A stretch of 64,000 nucleotides of DNA, filler included, from Chiloscyllium plagiosum (lineage: Eukaryota): assembly GCF_004010195.1 (NCBI RefSeq). It is 4 parts of one record of this genome, joined end to end, with 100 filler letters (N's around TTAATTAATTAA, not from the genome) between each part and the next. Parts side by side here need not be neighbours in the genome. Positions count along the whole stretch, not along the records: positions 35,669 to 61,378 come from NC_057710.1; 3 more parts are not named here. One strand, 5' to 3'. Shown piece by piece: positions 37,093 to 49,275 of this stretch. A program made the translations under genes and the position numbers. Below the pieces are notes generated by a model. That model did not search any database and was not told where the DNA came from. It was given only the letters and a program-made list of their open reading frames with translations. Positions within the stretch are counted from its first letter, which is position 1. Every line of letters begins with the position of its first letter.

Positions 37093-37879
37093 ATTAGAGG
37101 TAGCATTCCAGGATACAGAGGGGACAAGAACTGTGGTGGGAGGCAATTTGACATATAAGAGTGGAAATGATTGTGCTTTACAGTCAATGGATTACTGCAG
37201 GAGGTGGGGTCATTCAAGCTCACAACCACTCTGGCTTTGATGGGGTGAGTACAGCATGGTGATTGTCATAAGTAACTTGTGGGGTATGGCTCAGTGGATA
37301 GTTTCGGAAGATGAAGTTGTAATTGAAAGCGGTATGGAGGAAAGTGTGGAAGCTCAGTATTATTGACTTAACAGAGAGTGCAAGGAGGAAAGGAGCATGA
37401 AGGCCTTCGGGTTGGGGGGGGGTGCATAGTGAGAGTTGAGAGTTCTTGATTATCAGGCTGAACCTGCGACTCACTCTGTCAAGCACAACCTGAATTGCCA
37501 TCTGTGCCGTTGTGAGCTGTCAGCATGAAATGAAATGAAAATGTTGACAACACATCTGAAGTGGGTCAAGTAACTAAGCACATGGGGCCTACTTGTGAGC
37601 AAAGTGTGGCCCTTCAAGGAGCAATTGCGTTAATCAGGCGCTTACACTGTACAGGTTGAAATCATTTGTAATTATAATTCTCATCATGTGAAATGCACGC
37701 TGTGTCAACTGGATGTGACAGAAACCCTGGTCACAAACAATCCATGACCAATGGATCCAACCACGGCAAGACACCATCTCTGTGAGGCTGCAGTACAACA
37801 ACAGAAGAAACTGAGGAGAAACAGATGTGCCAGAAAACCCAAAGTCCAGCAGCAACATTCAGCTGCACCCAAACAGGCA

Positions 37880-38210
37880 CCATGTATAGAAGTTAGAGCT
37901 GACAATTGCCTCTGGATGAAGAGGAGATAGAGGAGGTTCAGAGACTATCACCATCGATGCTATTTCTTCTAGATGAGTGAGGCACAATATCACTGTTGAA
38001 CTGCAGATGTCCTTGACACTGTCACGGAACTGTGCCAGGTGCTGGAGAGGAACTTGTGATGGGTGGATGGCCTTCCTATCCTGGTGGTCAGCAAGGTGAC
38101 AGCTACAGTAAACCTTTCCGAGGATCCCCTGCAGGCCTGGGTAGGATCTCTCAGTCCTCAACCCACAAATCTATCAAGCCTGGTACCAATGGAATCTTCA
38201 TTATTGGAAT
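37880..38210 (+). pseudogene. Degenerate Harbinger (HARBI1-like) transposase N-terminal remnant
   Basis: Frameshifted translation MSEAQY...LQM..TVTELCQVLE..L...LP..VVSKVTATVNL...GRISQSSTHKSIK..T.GIF resembles the HARBI1-type MSE.QC..RLR...V.E.C.LL...KV..ALN...GS.Q...GISQ..VH..I..VT pattern. Confidence 0.55.
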
Positions 38211-38684
38211 GATTTAATGGGGAGTAAACTGAATAAAACAACTCTCCCATCTTAATTCTTCCCATATGTTTGATTCCACAAATGGTCCCACAAATTTAAA
38301 AAGAAGTTTTTTTGTCAGCAGGAGCTAAAATTCCATCAGAAATGAGAGACTAACTAAACAGATGGTGTTGCACCAAATCTTTGCCAAGTCTGGAACAAGA
38401 TCAAACAATGTGGATCAAGAATCTGAACAGAGACTCAATAGTGCAGTCATAAGAAACACAACATATCATCAATGGTCATCCATCATCAACACACCAGGAA
38501 GAATAGTGTGTTGGAATTGCAGAAACATTGAATGTATTCTGAGTGTGGGACTTATTGAGGATCCCTTCCATCATGTTGTGTGACACTACCACTGTTCTGG
38601 CAACTCAAAATTGGGTACTCACAGACACTAAGGTCTACAAGTGACACTAAAATTGTATTCAAACACAATCTGCAACTTCATATT

Positions 38685-39385
38685 AGTGAATTCAACAGGC
38701 TCACCACTCTCTGGGTGAAGAAATTTCTCCTCATTTCCTGCAAAGTTTACCCTATATCTTTAAATTATGACCTCTGGCTCAAGTTTCTGAGATCCCCTCA
38801 TTTATCTAACCTCCAGTGAATACAATCCTAACTGAATCAACCTCTTTGCATACATCAGTCCTGCCATCCAGGAATCAATTTGGTAAATGTTTGCTGCACT
38901 CTCTCTATATAGCGAGAATATCCTTCCTTCAGGTAAGGAGACCAAACCTGCACACAATATTCCAAGTCTGTCCTCACCAATGTCCTGGATAATTGCAAGA
39001 TATCATTGTTCCTGTCCTCTTGCTATGAAATTCTACCTGCTGCCCCTGTGTGCTTACTTCCAGTGATTATAGTACAAACACACCCAGATCTCAATGAACA
39101 TTCCCCTCTCTTAATTTACAACCATTCAAATAATACTCTGTCTTCCTATTTTTGCTCCCAAAGTGGATTTATCCATATTGTACTTCATCTGCCATACATT
39201 TGTCCACCCACCCAGCCTGTCCAAATCATACTGCAATATCTCTCCATTATCCTCACAGTTCATTCTTCAACCCAGGTTTCTGTCATGTGCAAATTTTGAG
39301 ATATTATAATTAGTTCCCTCATCTAAATCATTAACGTATTCTGTTAGTGTCCTAGTACTTATCCCTGTGGTGCCTCACTACTCAC
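38685..39385 (-). mobile_element. Old CR1 RT/3' fragment
   Basis: GAATTCAACAGGCTCACCACTCTCTGGGTGAAGAAATTTCTCCTC, GGAGACCAAACCTGCACACAATATTCCA, TCATGTGCAAAT. Confidence 0.75.
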
Positions 39386-39409
39386 AGCCTGTCAGAAGTT
39401 AATTCGTGG

Positions 39410-39805
39410 CCAATCCACTATCTGCACGGTACAAGTCAGGAGATTGATGAAATACTGTCCACTCTCCTGGCAAAGGTGTTGCTCTAACAACATTTAAGAA
39501 GCTTGACACGATTTAGAGCAGAGCAGTCCACTTGATTGGCACATTGGTCATTTTCAACACACACTCCCATCACCACTGGCATACAATAACAACAAGGTGT
39601 GCCATCTAACAAATGCACTGTCTTGGCTCACCAAGGCTCTTTGAAAGCAACTTCCAAACACATGGCCTGCACTACATAACTGTGGGTGCTCGCTACACCC
39701 CAAAGACTGCAGTAATTCAAGAACACAGTTCACTATCCACTCCAGAGGATGACAGATGGATAGTAAATGCTGGTTTAGCCAGTGACATTCTCTTGAATGA
39801 ATTTT
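39410..39805 (+). mobile_element. LINE family B 3' fragment
   Basis: ACAAGTCAGGAG...AAGAAGCTTGACAC...TGCCATCTA...AAATGCTGGTTTAGCCAGTGAC...TGAATGAAT tail. Confidence 0.7.
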
Positions 39806-40626
39806 TAAAAATTCTTGGGCAGAAATCTTGCAGCCTCTGACTGATGTGAGCAATGTTGAGACTGTTGGGAACATATGGCAAAAATAGGAAAATTATGTTC
39901 TCGCAGTCAAGGAGAATGGACAAGGACCCATTCAGTGGATTTGATCAGGCTGCATCTCCAGCCTCCTCACGTACTCTCTTTGAATTCAGTCAATTTGTGC
40001 TTGTTTGGATATTCATAACTTCTCTGCCTTGCCTTTCTTGTGTTTTGCTGCTCATTCACAAGGTTAGAGAATGAAATAATTTTGTTTGCCTTGTTATTTA
40101 GCACAGTCACAAAGCTAGGCAATCTGTCATGGTTATCACGATAATTAGTTGAAGGGATAAGTATTTTGCTGTAGGACATGAGAGTAAGTCAATGATAGAT
40201 TTGCACCATGTGCCAATAGCTTAAATGGCAAACACACTTCATGTGCTCCAACCACCATGTCTAAAAATGTAAGGAGGTTAGTCCTCCATCAACTCAAATG
40301 AGACACCCTCACTCAGGTGATAATGACATAGTAAGACAAGGGCAGCATCTGATATTAGTCCAGAAGCTTGAACATAGCCAGTCAGCAATTTGGGTGGAGA
40401 ACCTATACCTCTACAGTGGTGGAGGGCCATGGTCAGTCCTGAATTTGAACTAGTCTGACAAATTGTGTAAGTCAGTCAGAGAGCTGCACATTCACCGTGC
40501 AGGGCCGTCACTATCAGTTGGTCAAAGGCGTAGCTCACATTCAGCCTGTTCATTGAAATAATTACTCATGGATCTAGGCATAGGAACTTGTGTCTGCTGC
40601 CCTGATGGCTGCTACACTAACAGAGA

Positions 40627-40731
40627 AATGGGTCTGGGTGGGTTACTCCTTGAAGAGTTGGCGTGGACCTGTTGGGCCAAATAGCCTGCTTCCACACTGT
40701 AGATAATCTAATCTAATCTGATCTAATCTAA
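40627..40731 (+). mobile_element. HE1-type SINE 3' fragment
   Basis: GGGTCTGGGTGGGTTACTC...GTGGACCTGTTGGGCCAA...TTCCACACTGTA(ATCTA)n. Confidence 0.8.
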
Positions 40732-41099
40732 TGGATGAGAAACACATGCAACCACAAACCCAGGAACAGCACTAACCTCCAAATGATGTGGAGCCGACTC
40801 CTATTGTGGAGATCCTCATCATAGGTGCCTTCACAATGCAGTGAACATGAAGAACAGCCAGTCACTCACCTTCTTTAAAGCCAACAAGGGACACAGGAAA
40901 TTAATAAGAAAGATTGACACATGTACCCAAGACATCCTATAATGGTAGCCTTTATTTAAGACTGCAGCCTCTCCTCAAATGTCTCACCAGTAACGTCAAA
41001 CAGATTATTGAACTGATAATCTTGCCTTTTTTTTCTATGCAATCATAGGCAGGGAATTGCTTGTCATGGTTTCTCTTCCTTCTCCTGCGTTGTTACCTT

Positions 41100-41830
41100 T
41101 ATTGCCCAGATGGATCTATTCTTGGTCCCCACCCACTTCAAATCCATATGACAACATCTGAAATGACATTGTTAATTTTAACATGAGCTTTGATGAAGCA
41201 CAGCTTTACCTCACCACCCCCTCTTTTGACTCATTCACTGTTATCAAATTCTTAGCCTGTTTATCTGTAATCCGGTATTGGATGAGCAGAAATGCTTTGC
41301 AATTAAGCATTAGGAAAACTGGAGCCATTTTTCTGGTGGGCCCTGCTCTAGTCTCCCTTCTCCAGCTCTTAACTCCAGTTCTCTCCTGATATTGACTTGA
41401 GTTTCATCGAGTCTTTTCTCAACCTTGCTGTCACATTCTTTCATGAGATGAGTTTTTGACCTGTACTCATGTCACTTAAGCTTGAGGTCCTCCTAAATTC
41501 TAAGCTCACACGAAGTTCTTTCCAATTTTCACCCCTTTTCAAATACTTCCATATCCCCACCCTGGAGGTCTTTGGAATCTATTCCAGTCTTCCAAACCTT
41601 CTGGGATATCTGGGCTCCCCTAATTCTGGTCTATTAAATATCCTCAGGTGCCAATTTCTGGAATTCCTAGCCCATATCTCTTCCTTGTTTAATTCCTTTA
41701 AGACATCTCTTTAAAAAAACTACCTCTTTGACGAGGCCTTCAATCATATGACCTTATATCGCTTTATGCACCGTGTCCAACTTTATAATGCTCAAGTCCA
41801 TTTATTATGCTAAAAGCACTCTATAAATAC
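41100..41830 (+). mobile_element. L2 LINE 3' fragment, degenerate
   Basis: FDEAQLYLTT (decayed YADDTQLY)...CLSVIRYWMSRNALQLSIRKT matches the L2 RT C-terminus; ends ...AAAAGCACTCTATAAATAC. Confidence 0.7.
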
Positions 41831-41870
41831 TAGCACATCTTGAGTTGATGTGAATTACATCAATAGAAAG

Positions 41871-42544
41871 TTTAATGATGATACTGTGCCTCTAAGAGAG
41901 ATCTTTTTGTGCTGTTTCTCTTGCAGAGAGATATTGCCATAGTGGTACCAGAATATCTGCTTCAGATGCAGTGGGTAAACAGCTTTTAGCTCAGTTTTTA
42001 TTTAATTAGACAAAAGAAGCATGAGTGGGTGTAGTCAGGCTCACAGACCCAAAGATTTTAGCTTTGCTTCCAGTTGGGGTTTAGAGTTGGCTGTTAAAGC
42101 TGATAGATACAGGTCTCTCTCTGCTGCAGCAAAAATCTTGAGTTCTCTCCCTGCTGCTAGATTGTTTCTTTTGATGTTCCTTTTCTCCTGGACTGGAAGA
42201 GAGATCGCACATGAGGAAAATCTGTTATGCTGAATTGGCCCTAGTCAAGGGTGTGTTAATCGATTGCTGCTATATTGGAACAGTTGATGATTAACAGTTA
42301 AGTAACATCATTTTGTTAAGTATTTCAATAGAGTTAAGGTTGTGCCTATTCTCCTTTCTTTTGTTTGCATTTTAACTGTGTTGTAAGAATGAAGTGTGTT
42401 TTGCTTAAAGCCTACTGATGGACCAATCGAATCATACCTCGAACACAGTGCCTTATATGGTACTTGCCTTTAAATAGAATGAAAGGTTTGTCCAGACCCT
42501 ATGTCCTTGATATAGTTTGAGGGGGTTTGATCTGGTCCATAAGA
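41871..42544 (+). mobile_element. Probable solo LTR (degenerate termini)
   Basis: Ends TTTAATGA...CATAAGA (decayed TG..CA inverted termini); start motif ACTGTGCCTCTAAGAGAG resembles the 54266 LTR (ACTGTACCTTTTAAGAGAG); ~670 bp and no ORF. No clear TSD. Confidence 0.45.
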
Positions 42545-42889
42545 GTTCTCTGTGCACTAGTTCAGACAACTCCTCAAAAAATTTCAATCAGATTTGCTAA
42601 GCAATACATACTATTCTATATTGGTTCTCTCAGTCAAGCAGAAATCTTCAAGGTGTCTAGTCATCTTTAGATGTGAATTCTGCTAGTTTGCCAGGAATAG
42701 ATGCTAGACTAATTGCCTTATAATCCTCTTTTTTTCCCTCTGAGATTTATTAAATAACCAAATGGCACACACAATTTTCCAATTCAATGGAATGGCTGCC
42801 AAATAAAAGACCTTACCAAGGTCATAGCTTGAGTGTCTTTGTTTTAATAATTTGTGAGATATGAACAGCATTGACGAAGACAATATTTC

Positions 42890-44165
42890 TTTCTCATCCA
42901 TTTTTATCTTGGAGGCATTTGTGATGAGCTCCTTATGAATTGCTTAAATTCTTGGGGAGAAGGGACAACCATAAGTTGTCAGGAAAGAGTTTTAAGATAT
43001 TCATTCAATGACACCGAAGGAGCTGTGATATGGTTTCTAGTTCGGAAGGTATGTGACTTGGAGGGAAAATTGCAGGTGATGGTGGGGCAGCATGGTGGCT
43101 CAGTGGTTAGCACTACTGCCTCACAGCACCGGAGTCACAAGTTCGATTCCAGCCTCGGGCAACTGTCTGTGTGGAGTTTGCACATTCTCCCTGTGTCAGC
43201 GTGGGTTTCTTCCGGGTTCTCTGGTTTCCTCCCACAGTCCAAAGATGTGCAGGTCAGGTGAATCGGCCATGCTAAATTGCCCATAGTGTTAGGTGCACTA
43301 GTCAGAAGGAAATGGTTCTGGGTGGGTTACTCTTCGGAGGGTCGGTGTGGACTGGTTGGGCCGAAGGGCCTGTTTCCACACTGTAGGGAATCTAATGGTT
43401 GTCTTTTGCATTTGTTGTTGTTGCCCTTCTGATTGGTATGAGTTTTAAGTTTGAAAGGTACTGTGAAAGGAGCCTTGCTGAGTTTTTACAGTGCATTTGT
43501 TACATGGTGCACACTGATGCTACTGGTCATTGGTGACTGGATAGAATATTGGATCTGGTGGTTGGGGTGTTAATCAAATGAACTGATTTGTTCTGAATGG
43601 TGACAAGTTTGCATGTTGTTCGAGATGCACTCACCCAGGCAAGTGGAGAGAATTCCATCACACTCCTGACTTCTGTCTTGGAGCCTGGCTACTCAGTCCA
43701 GAATTCCTAGCCTCTGACTTGCTGTTTTAGATGCAATATTTATGTGGTTGGTCCAGTTCACTTTCTGGTCAATGATAATACCAAGAATGCTCATACTGGG
43801 GGATTCATCAGTGGTGTTGCCATTAAATGTCAAGGAGTTATGGTTAGGCTCTCCTGTTACAGATGATCATTGTGTGAATTTTAATTGACACAAGCCTGGA
43901 TGTTGTGCAGTTTTACTGTGTATGTGGATATTGCTTCAGTATCTGAGGAGTTGTGACTAGTACTGACTAGTGACTTTATGATGGAGGGAAGTTCAAAGAT
44001 GAAGCATCTCAAGATGTCTGAGCCTAGGACATTACCAGTAGGCCACCAATATGCCAGGTGACAGCAGACCGTGTTCTCCCTGATTCTCATTGACTTCATT
44101 TGATTGGATTCCCTGATGCCATTTAGCTGAATGTTGCCTTGATTTTAGGGACAGTCATTCTCACT
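42890..44165 (-). mobile_element. LINE family B 3' portion with nested HE1 SINE
   Basis: GTGACTTGGAGGGAAAATTGCAGGTG, GCACTCACCCAGGCAAGTGGAGAG..TTCCATCACACTCCTGACTT, TTTCTGGTCAATG homologous to 7290-8160. Confidence 0.7.
43084..43396 (+). mobile_element. HE1-type V-SINE, full length
   Basis: GGGGCAGCATGGTGGCTCAGTGGTTAGCAC...GTTCGATTCC...V-domain...GGGCCGAAGGGCCTGTTTCCACACTGTAGGGAATCTAAT. Confidence 0.92.
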
Positions 44166-45367
44166 TTACAAAACTGCAATGTTCTTACCTCCTTCCTTTG
44201 AAATCCAGGATAGAAACCATTTGGTCATAGAGATTTATTACACTTTGATCAAATTATTTTCTTGATGGACGGCATTTACTTATGTTAACATTGATTCAGC
44301 ATTATTTTCTTTAAGAATTTGAACATGTTGACCTCGCCCACCTCCTGTAAATAACCAGAGCTCAGATATGTAACCGATGCTGTGAAAATTAGAAGGTCAT
44401 GCCAGAAAATGCATCCTCGGCCATAAAACTCATTCATCACCATACTTCAGATGGAAATGGGAAAATTGAACCTTCAGTGTTTATTTTTAGAAGCATTTTT
44501 GAAATACACAAATTATAAGTGTTGACATTCCTGTTCACAGTGATTAACACCTCTACAGACAATCACTAACAAGCAGTTTCTGTTAACTTGCAATTTTTAG
44601 ACTTATAAGTTAAATTCAGAATATTGAACAGTTGACAAATACTCACCAACACGTACCACTGAATTCCCACTCACAGCAAATTCCTGACTTTTCACATGCT
44701 ATTCATGCTGCGATCTTTTCACAACCAGTCAATGTGTTTTGGAGGCTACACAGGCTCTTTCATCAATGAAGAATCTAATTAGAATAAACTAAATCTGATT
44801 TTGAGCACTTCAATGTAGACTGGAATTAGAGGTGGGTACTGCTGAGACATGTAGAGTTGTTTGAGCCCACCTCAAGACGGGGATGTACCCAAACGCCTAC
44901 ACTCTAATAAGGTCCATGGCTCTCAGGCCATCAGAATAGTAGAAAATCCCTTCCACTGGAATGGGCATGTCCAGGTTGTGATCTTTCAATCCATGTGGAG
45001 AATTCATAATACAGTACTAGGAATTGAAATGAAGGAATACTGGTCCTCCTGCTTGCTGTTGGAAAGCTGTCTCCCAGTTGCTGCTGGCCAATTGACTCAG
45101 CACAAATTGGTTCACAGTCAGAAGGAACCAAGCGACACGAGTAACATATCCCCAGTTAGTCCTTAATTGACCTGATTGGTACCTCTGCCACTGTCTGGGA
45201 ACTGGGTAGATGCAACGCTGTATTTTTAAAATCCGTTTGACACTAAATTCTCTGGGTAAACACAGAATTTACTGACTATGAGAAAACATTAAAACTGGAA
45301 AGGAACAGTAATATGATTGTATTACCTATGATTTACTTATCCTGTTTCTGGATTCCAATCAAAATAA

Positions 45368-45590
45368 CGACAACTTCTATTAACATAGCCACTTCATTAT
45401 TGTAAAACACCCTAAGATGCTTCACAGGAATGTTACTAAATAAAATATGTCACTGAGCACATAAAGAGATATTCAAGTAGACAACTAAAATTTTAGTCAA
45501 AATAATAGATTTTGTAAAGTGTCTTAAAAAAAGTCAAGAGAAAATGGAAAGCATTGGGGAATAGTATTGGCAGCTGGAGGCCTGGTTACA
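45368..45590 (-). mobile_element. L2 3' end fragment
   Basis: ACAACTTCTATTAACATAGC...TAAAACACCCTAAGATGCTTCACAGGA resembles the reverse complement of an L2-type 3' terminus. Confidence 0.5.
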
Positions 45591-45833
45591 TTGAGAAATG
45601 AATGAGAGAATGGCCGTTGCCTGTTTTGTGAAACATTCATAATGTGTGCACATGCTCTTTCTGTCTGGAAAGAAATTCAAAAACGTTCTTTCTGCTAAAG
45701 ATTCTTGAATAAGCTAAGAATTACAGTGACAATTAATTTAATTTTGCCAGTTGGGTTTGCAGTTTCATACATTTATGCAAATTCGCATTAATTCACAGGG
45801 ACACGCTCTTTTCAGACAAACCAATCAGAGTAA

Positions 45834-46052
45834 CTGAAACAAAAAAAACATAAAGAACTGCAGATACTGGAAATCAGAAACAAAATCACAAATTGCTGGA
45901 AAAACTTCACAGGTTTGGCAACACCTGTGGAGTGAAAGCAGAGTCAATGTTTTGGGATCAGTGACCCCAGTTCTGAAGAAGGGTCGATCACTGGGCCTGA
46001 AACATTGACTCTGCTTTCTCTTGACAGAAGCAGCCAGAGCAGCTAAGTTTTT
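45834..46052. mobile_element. Short inverted PLE-derived insertion (family C) with CUGAAGA hammerhead and 13-bp TSD
   Basis: Arms fold back around ~45965; AGTT-CTGAAGA-A-GGGTC..GGCCT-GAAA-CATT-GACT at 45969-46010; TSD CCAATCAGAGTAA at 45821-45833 and 46053-46065; tail extension on the left arm only. Confidence 0.75.
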
Positions 46053-47671
46053 CCAATCAGAGTAAGCTGCCTGGTTTAAATTTTAAAAAATCTTGGAAAT
46101 TAACTGTTCAGTCATCATAAAATTGCCACAGTTTTTATGACAATACAATAATTAGTATACTGACCAATCAGTATTCTGTCTTCACACAGTACAAAAAAAA
46201 CTTCTATATATTTTGGCATGTCCTGAGAACTGTTCTGATGACTGTATGATGAGCTTTGACAAAAGGTATCTTTTCTCAACAATACAATCTGCCAAATACC
46301 CAATGTGTTAAATTCTGAGCAACGACAATATAAATAAAACCCAAGGAGGCTTTGCCATTAAGCCTTCTTCTGCTTCAACTGAACAGTCCAGTGACTCAGC
46401 TCATGGATATAAATCTCACCTTTCTTATTTTTGCTGTAAAACCACATAGGATCTGGAGTGAAATAAAAATGAGGAAATATAGGAGGGACACATTATAATA
46501 GTCCAAGTATAAACACTTGCTGCAGCCATTTGCTTGATGATAAAACAAAAATGAAAAATTCTAATTTGTTTGATTCCACAGTTTCAAGAGGAAAGAAAAT
46601 GACTTATGGTTTAAAGAACCAGAAGTATTAACCTATAATGATATTGTGTTCTCCTGTACATATGCTGGTACCTGTAGATGGCACTATGAAAAACATTTTA
46701 TTAATGCATTCTCTTACAGTTATTGTACAATAAGATGACCTACTGTCAAGCATACTAAATATTTAGCAGTCCGTTTTTTTTTCTCTGCTAATAATTAACT
46801 AAATCAATGGATGTGGAAATACAAATATAGTTTATAAATCTAATAGTCAGACATTTTTTGGTGATCCATCATAAATATTGTTTCAGCAGCACATTGAGAA
46901 CAAGGAGAAACCTTCAGTTCATTGCATTTAAAAGTGATGTACAAAATATCACATAAACTGTTGATAATTTTTACAGGAGCTTAAATATGTTTTAATTAAT
47001 CTACCATTTGACAATCTCAATCATTCCATAGAACTAAAGAATTTTTTAGAAACTAAAATGTCAATAAAAGCCTCACAAATTGAACTTAAACCACATTAGA
47101 AAATTACCTTCCTGAAGGTATAACTGTACACAACATTTCAATATTAAGAAAAAAACAAATCAATAATAGGCAAAAATTTCACTGAGCAATGTTCGTGACA
47201 AGCAGATGATGTATTAGTCTGAACACTGTGGTCCTTTGTTGTAAACAAAACTGTATTTGATTTGAAATAAATCATATTACATCTCATAAGTAAGATTAAA
47301 GTAGTAGGAAAAATGAATAATAATCATGATATTGCAAACATAGGAACAGGAATAAGCTATTTAGCTCCTTGTGTTTGCTTTCCCTTTCAATGCAATCATA
47401 GCTCATTGACTCCTGTATTCCTCAGTATATGTGGTTAGCAAAAATCTGTCAATCTAAGATTCAAAATTTACAATTGATAGGCATAATTGTCAATTGCAAA
47501 AACAAGCTCCAAATTTTCACTATCCTTTGTATGTTGAAGTGTTTTCTAAGTTTTACACAAGAACTCCCTCGTTCTACCTTTTTAAACTATGTCTCCTCAT
47601 CCTTTATTCCCTTCCAAGGAAATTGTTCCTTTGTATCCCACCTCTCTGTTCACCTTGAATTTTTCATCATT

Positions 47672-47985
47672 ATTCATTCATGGGATGTGGGCATCACTAA
47701 CTGGGCCAACAATTATTATACATCCTGAGTTGCACAGATGGCAGTTAAGAATCAACAACATTGCTGTGGCCTGGAATCACTTGTAGGTCAGATAGCATAA
47801 GGCTGATAGATATCCTTTCTAAAGGACATTATTGAGCCAAATGTTGTTTTAATAACAATTAACATGGTTAAAATTAGGCTAGCTTTGTGTTCCAGTTTTT
47901 CCTCTATGGTGAAATTCAAACCCATGTCCCTAGAACATTCTCCTGAGGTTCTGGATTAATAATCTATTGCCACTGTCTCAACCTA
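47672..47985 (-). mobile_element. tRNA-derived SINE family B, nested in degenerate CR1
   Basis: TATTCATTCATGGGATGTGGGCATCACT...GCAGTTAAGAATCAAC..CATTGCTGTGG...AAAGGACATT...TTCAAACCCATGTCC...TCTGGATTA. Confidence 0.65.
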
Positions 47986-49275
47986 GTGTCTTGAAGGCTT
48001 TAATCAACTTATTCATTTAAACTTTCAAATTCCAAGGACTGGAACCCTTTGTTTGTGAAATGGCTCCTGATAGTTTAACTCTGCTAAATCACACCAGAGC
48101 TCACTCAAAAGCCAACGTATCTTTTCTAAGGTGTTGTGCAAAGAATTGCTCACAATGCTCCAATACTCACTTATTTGTAACATGACTTTGAATCCATTTT
48201 ATGATCATCCCCTCGACAGAAAGGTCAGTTTATTATTATTCTCCTCCAGTCTCATTATTTTCTTCATTAATATTAATTTGCTTATGGTTACTTGGTATTA
48301 CAAAGCTTGAGTGTTGCTGATAAAAAAGAAACATGCTTTTGAAGCCTTTCACCTCTCACACTTTTCAAGTATTGCATGAACAGCCAGATTATGATTATTG
48401 GCCAGTTTTACAATATCACTTACACTTACTGGCAGCTGCTTATATTTGTACACAACAGAAAAAAGGGTGACATGGGATCACATGGCCAGAAGGTGTGCAG
48501 TTTTTGAATTAAACAAAAGCATGACCATTACCCTGGTACTTCTTTATTACAATGCCTTGACCATCACAGTTGACTTGATAATTAACCAGTCCCTTTATCT
48601 TGGGCAGTATATCTTGTTGCACTCTTTCAAATTTGGCTTTGATAAATTGCAGTTGACTCTTAACTGCCCTATGGCCAATTAGGGATGAGTAATAAATTCT
48701 GGCCTCGCCAGCAGTGCATTCATCCCATGAATGAATAATAAAATACAAAATGAAAAGTTTCAACAATATTTTCCTTCGGCTGCCTCGGCATCTCCGCTTC
48801 TACTTTTAAATATTGGCAAAAAGAGATTATTGTATCCTTCGGGTATGGATTCCAACGATAGCACTAATTTATTTTAGTATGTCTGTGTCAGTCAATTTGG
48901 GTCTATGTCAAAAGGTGTTTATAAGGGGGTTAGAGTTGTAACTGGTAGATTTATATGTTGTCACTTGTTAAGTACAGAAATCGGGATCATGTCTTTTGTC
49001 AGCGTGGATCTAAAAGACAGGTGAAATGAAGAATTTTGAATGCATTGATAAAATCTTTAACTTCTGTGATGAGTCTAAGAATAGTCTCCAGCGATGTCCA
49101 GTGCACTACCCAGTGAGGCATGACAGCCTGAACACATTTTGATAACAAAAATCTCACATCAAAGTTACAATGCGTCTAGCGTTCATTGCCATGTTTTGGA
49201 AAAGAAAGAAAGAAAGAAAATAAAGAACAGAAAGAAAAAAATTTAAGATAAAAGAATAATATAAAAAAAAATTGT

